Positions 19,705 to 29,912 of a stretch of DNA of 57,251 nucleotides are shown here, piece by piece; the stretch's first letter is position 1, and the number at the start of each line of letters is the position of its first letter. Made by a program: the position numbers and the translations under genes. Below the pieces are notes generated by a model that was not told where the DNA came from, did no database searches, and was given only the letters and a program-made list of their open reading frames with translations. Location of the stretch: positions 1-57,251 of the IMG/VR virus record IMGVR_UViG_3300025608_000026. The stretch is one strand, 5' to 3'. This stretch comes from a virus. Lineage: Duplodnaviria > Caudoviricetes.

Positions 19705-21933
19705 TTATTGTATTATTTTACTATTTGATCCTGAATTATTATATCTTGAAAAACCAAAATCTATTTTTTTAACTTCTCTTGCAGTCTTAGATGCATATAA
19801 ATGTCTTTGGCATGCCATTATAGCTAAGCCTGAACTTATTGATGCATCAAATTTTGTTCTTTTATTTATATCAAATTTAGCCCAGTCTTCAAGCGTTCTT
19901 TGAAAATACATTTTACCACATTCTCCGTTATCTTTTAATCCAACGTGATCTTCTATGTAACTTTCAATTGCTGCGGCATGAGCTTGTCTTATATCTTCCG
20001 AAGAGTTTGGTATACCACCTAGCTCTTTTTCTGTTACAGACAATTTGCTTCTGGCTTTATCGGGTCTGTTCATTGAATAACCTCTATAACCTCTTCTTTT
20101 AATATGATATAATAACCTAGGTTTATTGTTTTCCGCTAATATTGGCATTCCGTAGAATATTATTGCCATGAGTACATCTTCAAAAAATATTTCAGCAGTT
20201 TGTGGCCTAGCAACATATTCTAAAAAGAACTGGCTTGAAGGAACATCCGCTAGCATGCTAAAGGTTGTTAAACCGTGCAATGCTCCGTTTGAACCACCTC
20301 CATCAACTGTTCCGCTAATATCGTAGCTATCACAACCAAAAGCCCCTAAGTCTTTATTGCCAGGATACTTTATACCGTTTTGAACAATTATATTATTTTG
20401 TAATTCAACAGGAGGTATCCAAGATAACTTAAATCTTCCTGTTTTATTTGGATGAAACTCTACCGTAGAATCTTTAACTCCGTTTTTCCAGTTAAACGAT
20501 CCACGAGTAACGTATCCGTTCATTGTCATTTCTTCATTAAAATCTACTTGTTCGTATATCTTATTTAAATTAAATAAAGATCTTGCTATTTCATCTCTGA
20601 AAGCATGCTTCTCATATCTAGGAAACTGACGATAAAATTCATTTAACGCGTCATTATTTCCTTTAAGCCCATCTGCTTCATTCTCCCAATGCTCGATAAC
20701 TCCAATATAGATGAGTTCTCCGTCGATTCCTTCAATTGGTTTTTCTGGAGTATCAAATACAGGAAATCCATATTTATCAATGAATCCTTCGTAATTCCAT
20801 TCCATTGGTATGAACAAAGAATATAATCCACTAGCAGTCTGCCCATTGCGATTTCGCTTCGTAACTTTTGAGTCATAATATAATTTTTTAAAATTATCAC
20901 CCCCTTTGTCTAAAGCATTAGAGGTAGACCCCATCATACACTTACCAACTATCTTAGCACCTAGTCTTAAACAAGTTTTTGTTACTCGCCAGTTATTAAG
21001 AATATTGTCAGGCTTCTCCCATTTACCAGATTCATCGTGTACTAGTAGTCTTAATTTTTCTCCATCATAAGAGTTGTCGCCGGTATTTTTCCAGTCAATC
21101 GTTGTGTCAAGACCCTTTTGTTCGTCACCGGACGCTTCGTTAACTGTACTTCTTGTAAGTCTTCTTGACGGAGTCTTGTAGGAAAGTTCTGTCTTTGGTC
21201 TTTCCATTCCGTCTTGGATCGGCTTGAAGAAGAACGGATAGTTCGTTGAAATCGGTACGACCTTATCAGTGAACATCTTCTTAGCGTCACTTCCAGACTT
21301 CGATAAAATTCCAAATCTTGCATCTCTGGTGACTGTAGCTTGATCAACAGTCTCTGAACTTCCCATGAAGGAAAAACCAGACCGTCTGTTTTTGAGGTAG
21401 CACATGCCATAACTTCGTGGATCAGCCTTGCACGCTTCCCAGAAATAATAGAAGATTCTATTTGCTTGCCGAAAGTCTGGGGATCCAACGTCGATTTTTG
21501 TCCAGTTGAGGTACATATAGTGTGACCCTGTAATGTAAGTCGGGGTACCGTTGCACATGAACCAGTCACCATCATTACGCTTATTATACTCACCGTCAAT
21601 ATAATCGTAGTACCTTTCTCTAGTATCTTCTGGAAGTAATTTAAAATCATATACTGTTTTTATTTTTTCTAAAGAAGTAGGCTTAAGTGTTTTTGTAAAC
21701 ACCTGCTCTTCTTTTTTTAATTCTTGACCATTAACATCTTTAGGCACCAAAGGCAATCCAACACGTAAATTTTGTATTTCGTATATTTCACCTAGAGTAC
21801 CATCTTTACTAATGATAACACAGTCTAAATCTAAATTATATCCGTACTTAAATTTTTTGTGCTTGTTGTCGTTTTTAACATCTTTTCGTTTAAGATGATC
21901 GTCGTGTATAGCATAGAGTGTTTGTTGATACAT
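19705..21933 (-). CDS. terL: Terminase large subunit
   Basis: Walker A-like LKNRRSGFS, Walker B LLVHDESGK, coupling motif GSTSN, nuclease motifs FGCDSYD and FDASIS. Confidence 0.9.
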   Translation of the reverse strand: MYQQTLYAIHDDHLKRKDVKNDNKHKKFKYGYNLDLDCVIISKDGTLGEIYEIQNLRVGLPLVPKDVNGQELKKEEQVFTKTLKPTSLEKIKTVYDFKLLPEDTRERYYDYIDGEYNKRNDGDWFMCNGTPTYITGSHYMYLNWTKIDVGSPDFRQANRIFYYFWEACKADPRSYGMCYLKNRRSGFSFMGSSETVDQATVTRDARFGILSKSGSDAKKMFTDKVVPISTNYPFFFKPIQDGMERPKTELSYKTPSRRLTRSTVNEASGDEQKGLDTTIDWKNTGDNSYDGEKLRLLVHDESGKWEKPDNILNNWRVTKTCLRLGAKIVGKCMMGSTSNALDKGGDNFKKLYYDSKVTKRNRNGQTASGLYSLFIPMEWNYEGFIDKYGFPVFDTPEKPIEGIDGELIYIGVIEHWENEADGLKGNNDALNEFYRQFPRYEKHAFRDEIARSLFNLNKIYEQVDFNEEMTMNGYVTRGSFNWKNGVKDSTVEFHPNKTGRFKLSWIPPVELQNNIIVQNGIKYPGNKDLGAFGCDSYDISGTVDGGGSNGALHGLTTFSMLADVPSSQFFLEYVARPQTAEIFFEDVLMAIIFYGMPILAENNKPRLLYHIKRRGYRGYSMNRPDKARSKLSVTEKELGGIPNSSEDIRQAHAAAIESYIEDHVGLKDNGECGKMYFQRTLEDWAKFDINKRTKFDASISSGLAIMACQRHLYASKTAREVKKIDFGFSRYNNSGSNSKIIQ

Positions 21934-22190
21934 TATTTAGTACGGCCCTCCACACCAAAAAACTCACGCTTTTCTTTTTTGCTATCTGCGTTCAACGACT
22001 CAAGCTCTTCTACTTTAGCCATCATAGCCATGGCATCTTCCATAGCTAATCTATAGGCTGATGCTGAAACTTTAACTTTTTCTGGATCTACTTCATTAAG
22101 ATCCATCTTCTTATCCATAACTTTGATAAGTTCGTTAATAGCGTTTTCAGAAGCTTTTAGTAGTTCTATTCTTTTTTTCTTTATGTCCAT
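21933..22190 (-). CDS. Putative terminase small subunit
   Basis: Helical protein (likely start MDIKKK at 22190) directly upstream of and TAATG-coupled to TerL. Confidence 0.45.
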   Translation of the reverse strand: MDIKKKRIELLKASENAINELIKVMDKKMDLNEVDPEKVKVSASAYRLAMEDAMAMMAKVEELESLNADSKKEKREFFGVEGRTK

Positions 22191-22743
22191 AGTTGATAGT
22201 AATGTCTTGTGATAAAATTCTATATAATTTTTTATCATCTATGTTAAACTCATATTCAGAATCAGGTGTAAACCCAACCACATCCCCATAGGACAACCCT
22301 AAGGAGTTTAAATAATCATTTGTATATGTAAGCCTCCCTAATAGTTTTTGTTCGCTATCGGTGCTCCATATGTCTTCGTTCTCTATTGGCTCCACAAAGC
22401 AATACTGAATTGGGCAATGCCATTTACCGTTTTGCTTGTATGCGAATATTTGATCCTGAGCTACAGTATAGTTATTTTCATCAATATAGTTACCAGAGTT
22501 TCTTTCGTTGCCTCTAACATCAAACCAACGTCTGAATACATTGTGATGCACTATAACTTCATCACCTGTCTTTATAGGCGTTTTGATATTAATAGGAGCA
22601 TTAACAACAGTTCCTATTCTATTAACAAAATGATAATCTCTTTCTGTAATTTCAGTGTTTAAAATTAATTCTTTGTCATCGACAGACACTTTATTATCGT
22701 ATCGATTATTAGTTGATATAATATAATTGTATAATGATTTCAT
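22147..22743 (-). CDS. Tandem double GroES-like (Cpn10-fold) protein
   Basis: Both halves align by eye with GroES: GTVVNAP..IKTGDEVIV..YTVAQDQIFA, and CFVEPIENED..GDVVGF..EFNIDDKKLYRILSQDI. Confidence 0.6.
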   Translation of the reverse strand: MKSLYNYIISTNNRYDNKVSVDDKELILNTEITERDYHFVNRIGTVVNAPINIKTPIKTGDEVIVHHNVFRRWFDVRGNERNSGNYIDENNYTVAQDQIFAYKQNGKWHCPIQYCFVEPIENEDIWSTDSEQKLLGRLTYTNDYLNSLGLSYGDVVGFTPDSEYEFNIDDKKLYRILSQDITINYGHKEKKNRTTKSF

Positions 22744-22962
22744 TTAATAGTCTAGGTTATATTCAATTGATATAGCCATGTTACTATTAAAGTTTTTCCA
22801 CGGCAGTTGTGTTCCGTTTTTTTCTATGTAGATTTTATATGATCCATTCTCTTCTAGTATGTCGCATATCTTATGTCCTCCGTAAACTTCTTGTCCTACA
22901 GAGTAGTGCATTGCTTCATTTTTATAATCTTGACCAATGCTTATTTTTCTAATTAATTTCAT
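22744..22962 (-). CDS. Small hypothetical protein
   Basis: 72 aa from ATG 22962 (MKLIRKISIG...), A-rich leader. Confidence 0.6.
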   Translation of the reverse strand: MKLIRKISIGQDYKNEAMHYSVGQEVYGGHKICDILEENGSYKIYIEKNGTQLPWKNFNSNMAISIEYNLDY

Positions 22963-22972
22963 TGTATTTATT

Positions 22973-23329
22973 TTAGTATGTCCAAATGGTAGTATCAGGC
23001 GCTCCTGGATAACCAATACCTACGTGAACAAAATTACTTTTTCTTGAAATACCTATACGTTTAAAACCACATTTAATAGCCGCTGCAACTAACTTGAACG
23101 TTGCTTCACCGCCAACACATTTAATGTCAACAGCAGCTCCGTGTGCGTGTTCCCCTGGCTTTTCTTTCTTAGCTTCAATAGGGTGATCTGGTGATCTATA
23201 AGATGAATTAATAACTATAGGGTAGCCATACTCTTTTCTGAGCGCGTCAAGCATGCCTAATAGCTTAGGATCCATTTTGTCCATATTGCCTTTGAAGTCT
23301 ACTTCATCCGAAAAATACTTTAATTTCAT
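22973..23329 (-). CDS. Peptidase M15-family endolysin
   Basis: SSYRS..H, H-x6-D (HAHGAAVD) and FVHV zinc-ligand pattern; next to holin-like genes. Confidence 0.85.
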   Translation of the reverse strand: MKLKYFSDEVDFKGNMDKMDPKLLGMLDALRKEYGYPIVINSSYRSPDHPIEAKKEKPGEHAHGAAVDIKCVGGEATFKLVAAAIKCGFKRIGISRKSNFVHVGIGYPGAPDTTIWTY

Positions 23330-23344
23330 ATAATATATTTTTTA

Positions 23345-23683
23345 TTATTCACAATCTTCAAGTGCTTTAATTTTTAATTTCATGTCATCTATATCCGAAA
23401 AATACTTGTCAGTGTTTTTTTCTATATACAAAAGTCTTAAGTTTTGCTCGGCGTCATCAGGTAAAGCACCCATTTCTCCTCTAGGCCATTTTATCCTAAA
23501 TTCACTGTTCATTTTAACTTCTGACTCCATGCGCATCACTGAAACCTCTAAAGCTTTTATTTCTGAAAGTAATGTAAAGTAAACGCCTGCAATAGAAAAT
23601 AAACCCATAGCTATAGCTATTAAAGTTTTTAAATCAACCTGAACATCAGGTTTTCCATCACCGTCAATATCAATTTTTGCCAT
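23345..23683 (-). CDS. Single-TM coiled-coil membrane protein (lysis cassette)
   Basis: Hydrophobic LIAIAMGLFSIAGVYFTLL followed by a coiled coil. Confidence 0.5.
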   Translation of the reverse strand: MAKIDIDGDGKPDVQVDLKTLIAIAMGLFSIAGVYFTLLSEIKALEVSVMRMESEVKMNSEFRIKWPRGEMGALPDDAEQNLRLLYIEKNTDKYFSDIDDMKLKIKALEDCE

Positions 23684-23837
23684 TTGTTAGCTTTTTATAA
23701 ATGTTAATACATGTATAAATTATAGTTAATAAAAGTACCGCGGTTTGCAAAGCGGGGTTTACCCCTTGCATCATCGGCGAACTAGCTACAATAGCTGTAA
23801 TATTTAGTCCGTATATTTTAAGGTCTAATAGTGTCAT
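23670..23837 (-). CDS. Small two-TM holin-like protein (not in ORF track)
   Basis: Manual translation MTLLDLKIYGLNITAIVASSPMMQGVNPALQTAVLLLTIIYTCINIYKKLTNGKN; fills the gap and overlaps both neighbours. Confidence 0.6.
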   Translation of the reverse strand: MTLLDLKIYGLNITAIVASSPMMQGVNPALQTAVLLLTIIYTCINIYKKLTNGKN

Positions 23838-24250
23838 TTATGTTTGTTGTTTCCCATTACTTTTTCAAACCCTCTACTTCCAAAATAGCCCATAAAAACT
23901 ATTTGTAAAAGTGATTTCACTGTATCAAGCCCTTCTAATTGGTATGCCCATCCTATTACGAAGGCAACCGTTAAAAAAGCGAGTGTTAACGGACGAACAT
24001 TAGACGCAAGCCATGATCCACTTCTGGAATCAGCTACCCATCTTTTAGTTATGCCATCAAATTCGTGTATTTCTTGCTCTAACTTTTTAAGAGCAATTTG
24101 TTTATCTTCCTGCGGCATGTCCGATCCACCTATAATGGCTTTGATCACACTACCCACTGGAGTATCTCCTGCTATAGCACCTACGACGCTAGGAATTTTC
24201 TGTAGTAGAAATTTCCCAACGTCAGTGTCTTTAAATTTTTTTTTACTCAT
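23834..24250 (-). CDS. Holin (3TM/GTA-holin-like)
   Basis: RW.AD..S.SWLA.NVRP motif followed by TM segments and YFGSRG.EK. Confidence 0.7.
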   Translation of the reverse strand: MSKKKFKDTDVGKFLLQKIPSVVGAIAGDTPVGSVIKAIIGGSDMPQEDKQIALKKLEQEIHEFDGITKRWVADSRSGSWLASNVRPLTLAFLTVAFVIGWAYQLEGLDTVKSLLQIVFMGYFGSRGFEKVMGNNKHK

Positions 24251-24252
24251 TA

Positions 24253-27207
24253 TTATCCCTCTCCGAATTGTCCTTTATTATGCTCCGCCGTTACTTCAGT
24301 TGGTGTTAAGGCTTTGTCGTATATTTTAAAGTCTGATATTTTTCCATTAAAATCATACGTATTGTTAGTAGAACCATCAAACTGCCCTAAAACTACTGGA
24401 ACGGATGGTCTGCTATATATTACGTTTTGAGAAGCTGAATTATATTGTGATAATTCAGAAACAGCAACGCCATCAACATAAAGAGTTGGTCTGTTGCCTA
24501 GCGAGAAGGTGTGCATTATATGATGCCATTGACCAGATGTAAAGTAATCTTGCATATCAAATTCTACTGAATTTCCGTGTCCACTAGAATTATAGTATAT
24601 AGAAAAAACAGCTTTACCTACACCATTATCGTTATATACATACCAAGCAAATGACCTATTATCAGTACCCGTTGTATATTTTGTAGCTATCGCATTGTTT
24701 GCGTTAATATCTGTTATATTTACCCACATTCCAATTGAACCTCCACCGCTAAAACTCATAGGTATTACTACCTCGTCATTTAAACCATCAAAATCAAAGT
24801 ACCCTCCTGGATTAAAAGTAGCGCCAGTTATAGTTCCATCATTCCCATTAGGATAGCTAGGCTTAGTGAAGTTATAGTTTTGGCGTATTTGGTCTTGGGT
24901 TAGTGCCGATGAGTATAGTCTAAATTGAGCTATTTTTCCGTGTAAATCGGATATACTACCACCAACATACTTACCTAAAGATATACCATAAGATAAACCG
25001 TTTTGACCACCCCCACCTGCGGTATAACTTCCTATTGTATTTCCATCTACATAAAAGGTATATGTAGCCGCGCTAGCAGAAGAAAGTGTTAATGCTAGAT
25101 GATACCATTTTCCTCTTCCAAATCCACTTGTTCCAGTTTTAATATTGTTTTGGTCTATTATTTCAGAACCTGATGCATTAAAATCTCTAGGAAACCACCC
25201 ATAAGATGCGTGCCAGTAAATTCTTAAACCAGCACCTGAATCACTTGGTCCTCTCCATAAGAATGTTTCTTCGCCTGTTCCATTAGGGTCTAAATAAACC
25301 CAGCCTTCGTAAGTTGCTCCATTGGTATGGTCAAAGTCTGCGTGGTTTGAAATGGTTAAGCCTTCATCAGAGTTTTCTTTTACTGTTAAAAACCCTCCTA
25401 CTTCTTTGTCAAAATCTGCTTCTTGTACCCCCGCTAGTGTTGTTACTGTATGGCTATTGCTTGACAAATCGCTAACTGTTGTACCACTTCCGCTATAACA
25501 AGAACTATCCCCTAAGTCTAAATGTAAAACAGGGTCAGCGCCTGTTGTTATGCTAACATCAAAATCATTATCAGCTACACTGGGTATAAAATCATATATA
25601 TTTCCGTATGTTCCTCTTTCCATATTAGAAATTGTCATTCTAAAATAAGAATATCCAACACTTGCTGAAAAGGTAGCTGTTTTTTCTGTCCTAGTGGGGT
25701 TTAAAGCAAAACCACTTGCTTTTTGCTGTGTGCTTCCTAATAGCGTATATGTATTTCCATCTGTAGATCCATAAAATTTACAAGTTCCAGTATATCCTCT
25801 GTAACTTTGCTCGCTTTCTCCCACTAAAAATCCGTCTACAGAAACAGGTTGACTCATTGCAAAATTAATAGTATTATTTGCTTCAGTTGCCCCGTTATCT
25901 CCAAAATTTGTGGTAGCCGTAGAGTCTTGTAAAGTAGTACTATCAAACGTGCCACTTGTGGTGGTGCTTGTTATTGAAGAAACAAAATTATAAAAATTCT
26001 CAGTGCCATCTTGGCTATAAGAGGTTGTAGTTGTCTCTTCTTTTATTAATTCGGTTTCGTTAGTGTTTTTAGCTACTGCGTAGTAGATGAATTTTATGCC
26101 AGAATTATTAAAAGACACACCGTTAAAAGAAAAACCATCTCTGTGAATGTTTATATTATAACCTGGTGTAGCAGTAGTGCTGTTTGTATTAGCTTCAAGA
26201 TATTTGTTAAATTCGCCAGAAGCAGTGCTAGTTTTATTATCTACCATCCACCAGTCTTGAGTCGTATTTACTGCCTTAATAATTATAAAAGCAGGTTCAA
26301 AACCAGTATAAACTTTATTTCCTGCTGCAGAAGTTCCTGTATAACTACCTACTTTACTTACACCTCTTTTAGAAGTGAAGCAGTAGCAAATTACATCATT
26401 GCTGTTACCGAACATAAGAGGGTTATTAGAACCAATTTTTGTAGTTCCCCAATTAGAGTAATTCCACAAGCTTGATGCGTTTGGAGTTACAGCTGCTGTT
26501 GTTAATGGTATATAGTTTTTATCAAGGTCATTAGCCATATCTTTATGCCAAACAGCCCAAGGTCCCGATACTAGTGGTTTACAAATTACCATTTCAACTG
26601 CTTGGCTTAATCCATGTCCTGCTGTTACTGCGCTAGTTCCACTATTGTATTTAACTATACTAAACCCTAAATCATTATTAGCACTAACTTGCGAAGGTAT
26701 ATCTCCATCTGTATTAGGTACCGCTGCACCTCCTGCTTTAAAGCACCAAGCAACGTAATCCTCCCCAACCGTGTTAGTTCTACCTCCGTTTCCTGTTATT
26801 GTAAAACCCTCTGGCTGAACAGACGTAGGCATATTAGTAGATGTGGCTTCTGCAGTGCTTTGGTCTGATGCAAGGTAAGGTGCGGGAGATGTGATACCTC
26901 TTACTGAATCTACAATAGCGTGAGCATCTGTTGTATCTCTATTTTTTATCCAAATTAAGTCAGGTTGAAAACCCACGGTGTCAATTACGTGCGGTGCTGA
27001 TGCCCCTGTATAAGTAACAGTATTAAAATGCTCTGAAACGTTTGTAGTAGGCGTATATTCGTGGTCTGTTATATCAACCCATTCAGTACCATCTCCATCG
27101 TAGCTATCTACATCGTTGGCATCTAAATGGAGTATTAATCCTTCCTCGCCTGCATTGCCTCCGCTAGATGCAGGAGATGATAAATTTATGAGTTGTTTAT
27201 TAATCAT
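24253..27207 (-). CDS. Tail fibre/receptor-binding protein with concanavalin A-like (LamG) domains
   Basis: LILHLDA..SY.G.GT.W.D; FNTVTYTG..VGFQPDLIWIKNR; two WYHL/WHHI...LYVDG...F.G.I..F.LY..ALT modules. Confidence 0.75.
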   Translation of the reverse strand: MINKQLINLSSPASSGGNAGEEGLILHLDANDVDSYDGDGTEWVDITDHEYTPTTNVSEHFNTVTYTGASAPHVIDTVGFQPDLIWIKNRDTTDAHAIVDSVRGITSPAPYLASDQSTAEATSTNMPTSVQPEGFTITGNGGRTNTVGEDYVAWCFKAGGAAVPNTDGDIPSQVSANNDLGFSIVKYNSGTSAVTAGHGLSQAVEMVICKPLVSGPWAVWHKDMANDLDKNYIPLTTAAVTPNASSLWNYSNWGTTKIGSNNPLMFGNSNDVICYCFTSKRGVSKVGSYTGTSAAGNKVYTGFEPAFIIIKAVNTTQDWWMVDNKTSTASGEFNKYLEANTNSTTATPGYNINIHRDGFSFNGVSFNNSGIKFIYYAVAKNTNETELIKEETTTTSYSQDGTENFYNFVSSITSTTTSGTFDSTTLQDSTATTNFGDNGATEANNTINFAMSQPVSVDGFLVGESEQSYRGYTGTCKFYGSTDGNTYTLLGSTQQKASGFALNPTRTEKTATFSASVGYSYFRMTISNMERGTYGNIYDFIPSVADNDFDVSITTGADPVLHLDLGDSSCYSGSGTTVSDLSSNSHTVTTLAGVQEADFDKEVGGFLTVKENSDEGLTISNHADFDHTNGATYEGWVYLDPNGTGEETFLWRGPSDSGAGLRIYWHASYGWFPRDFNASGSEIIDQNNIKTGTSGFGRGKWYHLALTLSSASAATYTFYVDGNTIGSYTAGGGGQNGLSYGISLGKYVGGSISDLHGKIAQFRLYSSALTQDQIRQNYNFTKPSYPNGNDGTITGATFNPGGYFDFDGLNDEVVIPMSFSGGGSIGMWVNITDINANNAIATKYTTGTDNRSFAWYVYNDNGVGKAVFSIYYNSSGHGNSVEFDMQDYFTSGQWHHIMHTFSLGNRPTLYVDGVAVSELSQYNSASQNVIYSRPSVPVVLGQFDGSTNNTYDFNGKISDFKIYDKALTPTEVTAEHNKGQFGEG

Positions 27208-27208
27208 A

Positions 27209-27721
27209 TTATAAAGATATATCGAATGTAATTACAGCTTCTTTATCTGTTAAAGCATTAATAGCTGTTTCTTTTGTATCTACCGCGGATCTAATTGCAT
27301 CACGTCTTGTAGATATTTCAGTTGGTATTGCAGTACCTTTTTCTGCATTTCTAACAACTACCCAGTCTGTTTTTGCAAACTCAATATTAGCGCTTGCTTT
27401 TAATTGAGATATTTTATCAGCTTTCAAATCAGCTATGTCAGCTAGTTCTTTATCCACAACATCGTAAACAAAACACTCTACTGGTATTTCTGTTTGTGCA
27501 TCAAAACCCGGATGCTCATAAGAGCTATCAAAATGCAAGTTAGTAATGCTTTGAGTTATTTTGTTATAACTAGGAACTACCACGTTATGAAAACCTAATT
27601 GCTTAAGTTTAAACTCAGGCAAAGTATTCGCTTTTAAAATAGTTTCTCCCGATGCACTCTTTAATATTTTTGGTATAGTATTGTACTTTACAACCTTACC
27701 ACTTTCTAATCTTGCTTTCAT
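27209..27721 (-). CDS. Tail fibre assembly chaperone-like protein
   Basis: C-terminal KTDWVVVR.AE.GTAIP.EI.T.R.AIR motif; directly upstream of a fibre gene. Confidence 0.55.
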   Translation of the reverse strand: MKARLESGKVVKYNTIPKILKSASGETILKANTLPEFKLKQLGFHNVVVPSYNKITQSITNLHFDSSYEHPGFDAQTEIPVECFVYDVVDKELADIADLKADKISQLKASANIEFAKTDWVVVRNAEKGTAIPTEISTRRDAIRSAVDTKETAINALTDKEAVITFDISL

Positions 27722-28050
27722 TATGCTGCTGCTGTTCCTATTGATGCGTAATATACAGGTGTAGATGCGTCAACGCAGAGAACTTGTATTAAAGTTACTC
27801 CAGCCGCATCAACTGTATTGCCTGTTACTTCTCTAACTGATGCTGGTAACGTAACAGCAGATTCCCCTGTGACAACAATATCTTTAACTGCTGCTAATTG
27901 TGGGTTAGTAAAAGTTAACGTTGTTGCTTCAGTTGTTGTTATATTAAATATATCCGCTGCGCTGAAATCGCAAGAAGCGGCTCCTGATAAAGGTGTTACT
28001 GTAGTAGCGACTCCTTCGAGTAAGCCACTTTTTACTTTTGTTTGTGCCAT
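27721..28050 (-). CDS. Small fibre adaptor protein (paralog 1)
   Basis: MAQTKV N-terminus and IQVLCVD...YYASI C-terminus, shared with 28775 and 39452. Confidence 0.55.
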   Translation of the reverse strand: MAQTKVKSGLLEGVATTVTPLSGAASCDFSAADIFNITTTEATTLTFTNPQLAAVKDIVVTGESAVTLPASVREVTGNTVDAAGVTLIQVLCVDASTPVYYASIGTAAA

Positions 28051-28056
28051 TGTTAT

Positions 28057-28773
28057 TTATTTTTCGCTATAAAGCGTTGAAATTTCTGCTGAAGTTAACT
28101 GTCTGTTAAAATGCCTATATCTGTCTATTAAAAAATTGTCGTCATAGAAGGCAACACCATTGCTCCAAATTCCACCAATCCAATTGACGTTACTCACAAG
28201 AGCACCAGGTGTTCCATTTCCTGATACAAAAGGGCAAACAACCATAGGTTGACCGTTTATAGAAAATTGATAATTTAGGGCTGAAACAAATGAAAAAGTA
28301 ATAAGGTTCCAATCTGCTTTGTTTAGTTGAACCGTGGCTTGAGTATAGCAATACCTATAAGTAGTAGGTATTCTGACAAGCATGAAAAACTGAAAAGCAT
28401 CATCTGCTGCGGAATAACCAACACTCACGTAGCTCCAGTAATAATAGTTGTTTTGGTGTTGCGTGAATAGCCTAAAATTTCTATTGATTGACCAGTCGCT
28501 AACGTTTGGTTTAAACCACATACTTACGGTGTCGCCGTAGGATATACCTCTATGCCCTACTACTTTATTAGAAGATGGGCCTAGCGAAACAGCTTGACCA
28601 AATAACCCGCTAACGTAGTTGCCACCGCCAGATGCGTTAACGCCGCCTGTAGCATCGCTTGTGTTGCCGTCAAATTCATACAGCGTAAGTAGCGAGCTGT
28701 CGCTAAAAGGATCTAATTGACCTAAACCCACACTTCCTAATAATGGCCCTGACAATAAACTTCCCCCTAACAT
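28057..28773 (-). CDS. LamG/ConA-like lectin fibre protein
   Basis: LYEFDGNTSD, G.FGQA, TVSMWFK, WNLITF and IDRYRHFNRQLT..EI..LY motifs. Confidence 0.7.
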   Translation of the reverse strand: MLGGSLLSGPLLGSVGLGQLDPFSDSSLLTLYEFDGNTSDATGGVNASGGGNYVSGLFGQAVSLGPSSNKVVGHRGISYGDTVSMWFKPNVSDWSINRNFRLFTQHQNNYYYWSYVSVGYSAADDAFQFFMLVRIPTTYRYCYTQATVQLNKADWNLITFSFVSALNYQFSINGQPMVVCPFVSGNGTPGALVSNVNWIGGIWSNGVAFYDDNFLIDRYRHFNRQLTSAEISTLYSEK

Positions 28774-28774
28774 A

Positions 28775-29128
28775 TTATGTTGATGGTTGAGTTATAGTGT
28801 AAAAGAACTCTCCATTCCCTGAGTCTGACGTGCAGATCATTTGAATAAAGTTTTTTACACCTGTTGTGTTATCAAAAGCAGTACCTGCTAAATCAATAGC
28901 CTCTGATGGAAATGAAATATCCCCAGAACCTGCTGCTCCAGTAGCTACTAGTATTTTTACCATACCTACTTTATAATCACTAAATGTTAATGTTATCGCT
29001 TCGTTAGGCGTTAAAGTAAACACCTTAGAGCTATTCCAATCTATATCAACAGTTGCTGCTGATACCAGCGGAGTGGAGGAAGAAAACTCTTCGCTTACAA
29101 CTCCTGATGTTATTTTTGTTAATGCCAT
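28775..29128 (-). CDS. Small fibre adaptor protein (paralog 2)
   Basis: MALTKI N-terminus; IQMICTS...FFYTI C-terminus. Confidence 0.55.
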   Translation of the reverse strand: MALTKITSGVVSEEFSSSTPLVSAATVDIDWNSSKVFTLTPNEAITLTFSDYKVGMVKILVATGAAGSGDISFPSEAIDLAGTAFDNTTGVKNFIQMICTSDSGNGEFFYTITQPST

Positions 29129-29129
29129 A

Positions 29130-29912
29130 TTATAAAGATAAACCTAATTTATTATTAAAAAAGTCGTCATTCGCTTGCACTTCAGCTTGTGTTAGTTTTT
29201 TCGTATATGCTAATACTGCAAACATATAAGCATCTAAACCTACGTTAGTATAACCAAGCCCAATTCTAATATTTTGAGTTGTATTAGGAGGTGGTCCATA
29301 AACAACATTTTTTGATGCCGTTTGAACCCCGTTTTTATACCAGTGCGTAGTGCTAGCATCTCTCGTAAAACACCAGCTTTGCCAAGCATTTAAAGTTATA
29401 CTTGTTCCGCTGCTATATCCATCGTAAGGACTCGCATTTCCACCGCTGGTGCCAAAATAACAATTTATTACTCCATTTCCTTCGCGTGTCCAAGTACCTT
29501 CTCCTCCATAAGCTTGATCCCAGTAGTTTTGCCTACCTGAATCGCTCAATGGATATGACAATATATAAACTGATTGTGCAGCCGAAAAGTCAAAAGCAGC
29601 ATTATTACTAACCGTTGCATAGTAACTAGTAGAGCTTGGGAAACGTAAAACGTTATTAATACCTCCGTATGTACCAAAATAGCTGCTAGCAAAACCGCTT
29701 GTGCTTAGCGTTGCTGTTGCATTAGTGCCACTTAAATCAGGCCAATTTGTTCCAGAGCCACTAAATTGATCGGACTGTAGGTTTAGCACAAGACCATCCG
29801 TGACTACAGATGAAGATGAATATATTTCACTCTGACCAAGCTGAATATTATCTATTTCTGTTGCTCCTAAATATGCTTTTGTAAAATCTGTACTACCAAT
29901 TTTAAATCCCAT
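29130..29912 (-). CDS. LamG/ConA-like lectin fibre protein
   Basis: VTDGLVLNL..WPDLSG and W...C.T...WYKNG...Y.K.LT..EV motifs. Confidence 0.7.
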   Translation of the reverse strand: MGFKIGSTDFTKAYLGATEIDNIQLGQSEIYSSSSVVTDGLVLNLQSDQFSGSGTNWPDLSGTNATATLSTSGFASSYFGTYGGINNVLRFPSSTSYYATVSNNAAFDFSAAQSVYILSYPLSDSGRQNYWDQAYGGEGTWTREGNGVINCYFGTSGGNASPYDGYSSGTSITLNAWQSWCFTRDASTTHWYKNGVQTASKNVVYGPPPNTTQNIRIGLGYTNVGLDAYMFAVLAYTKKLTQAEVQANDDFFNNKLGLSL

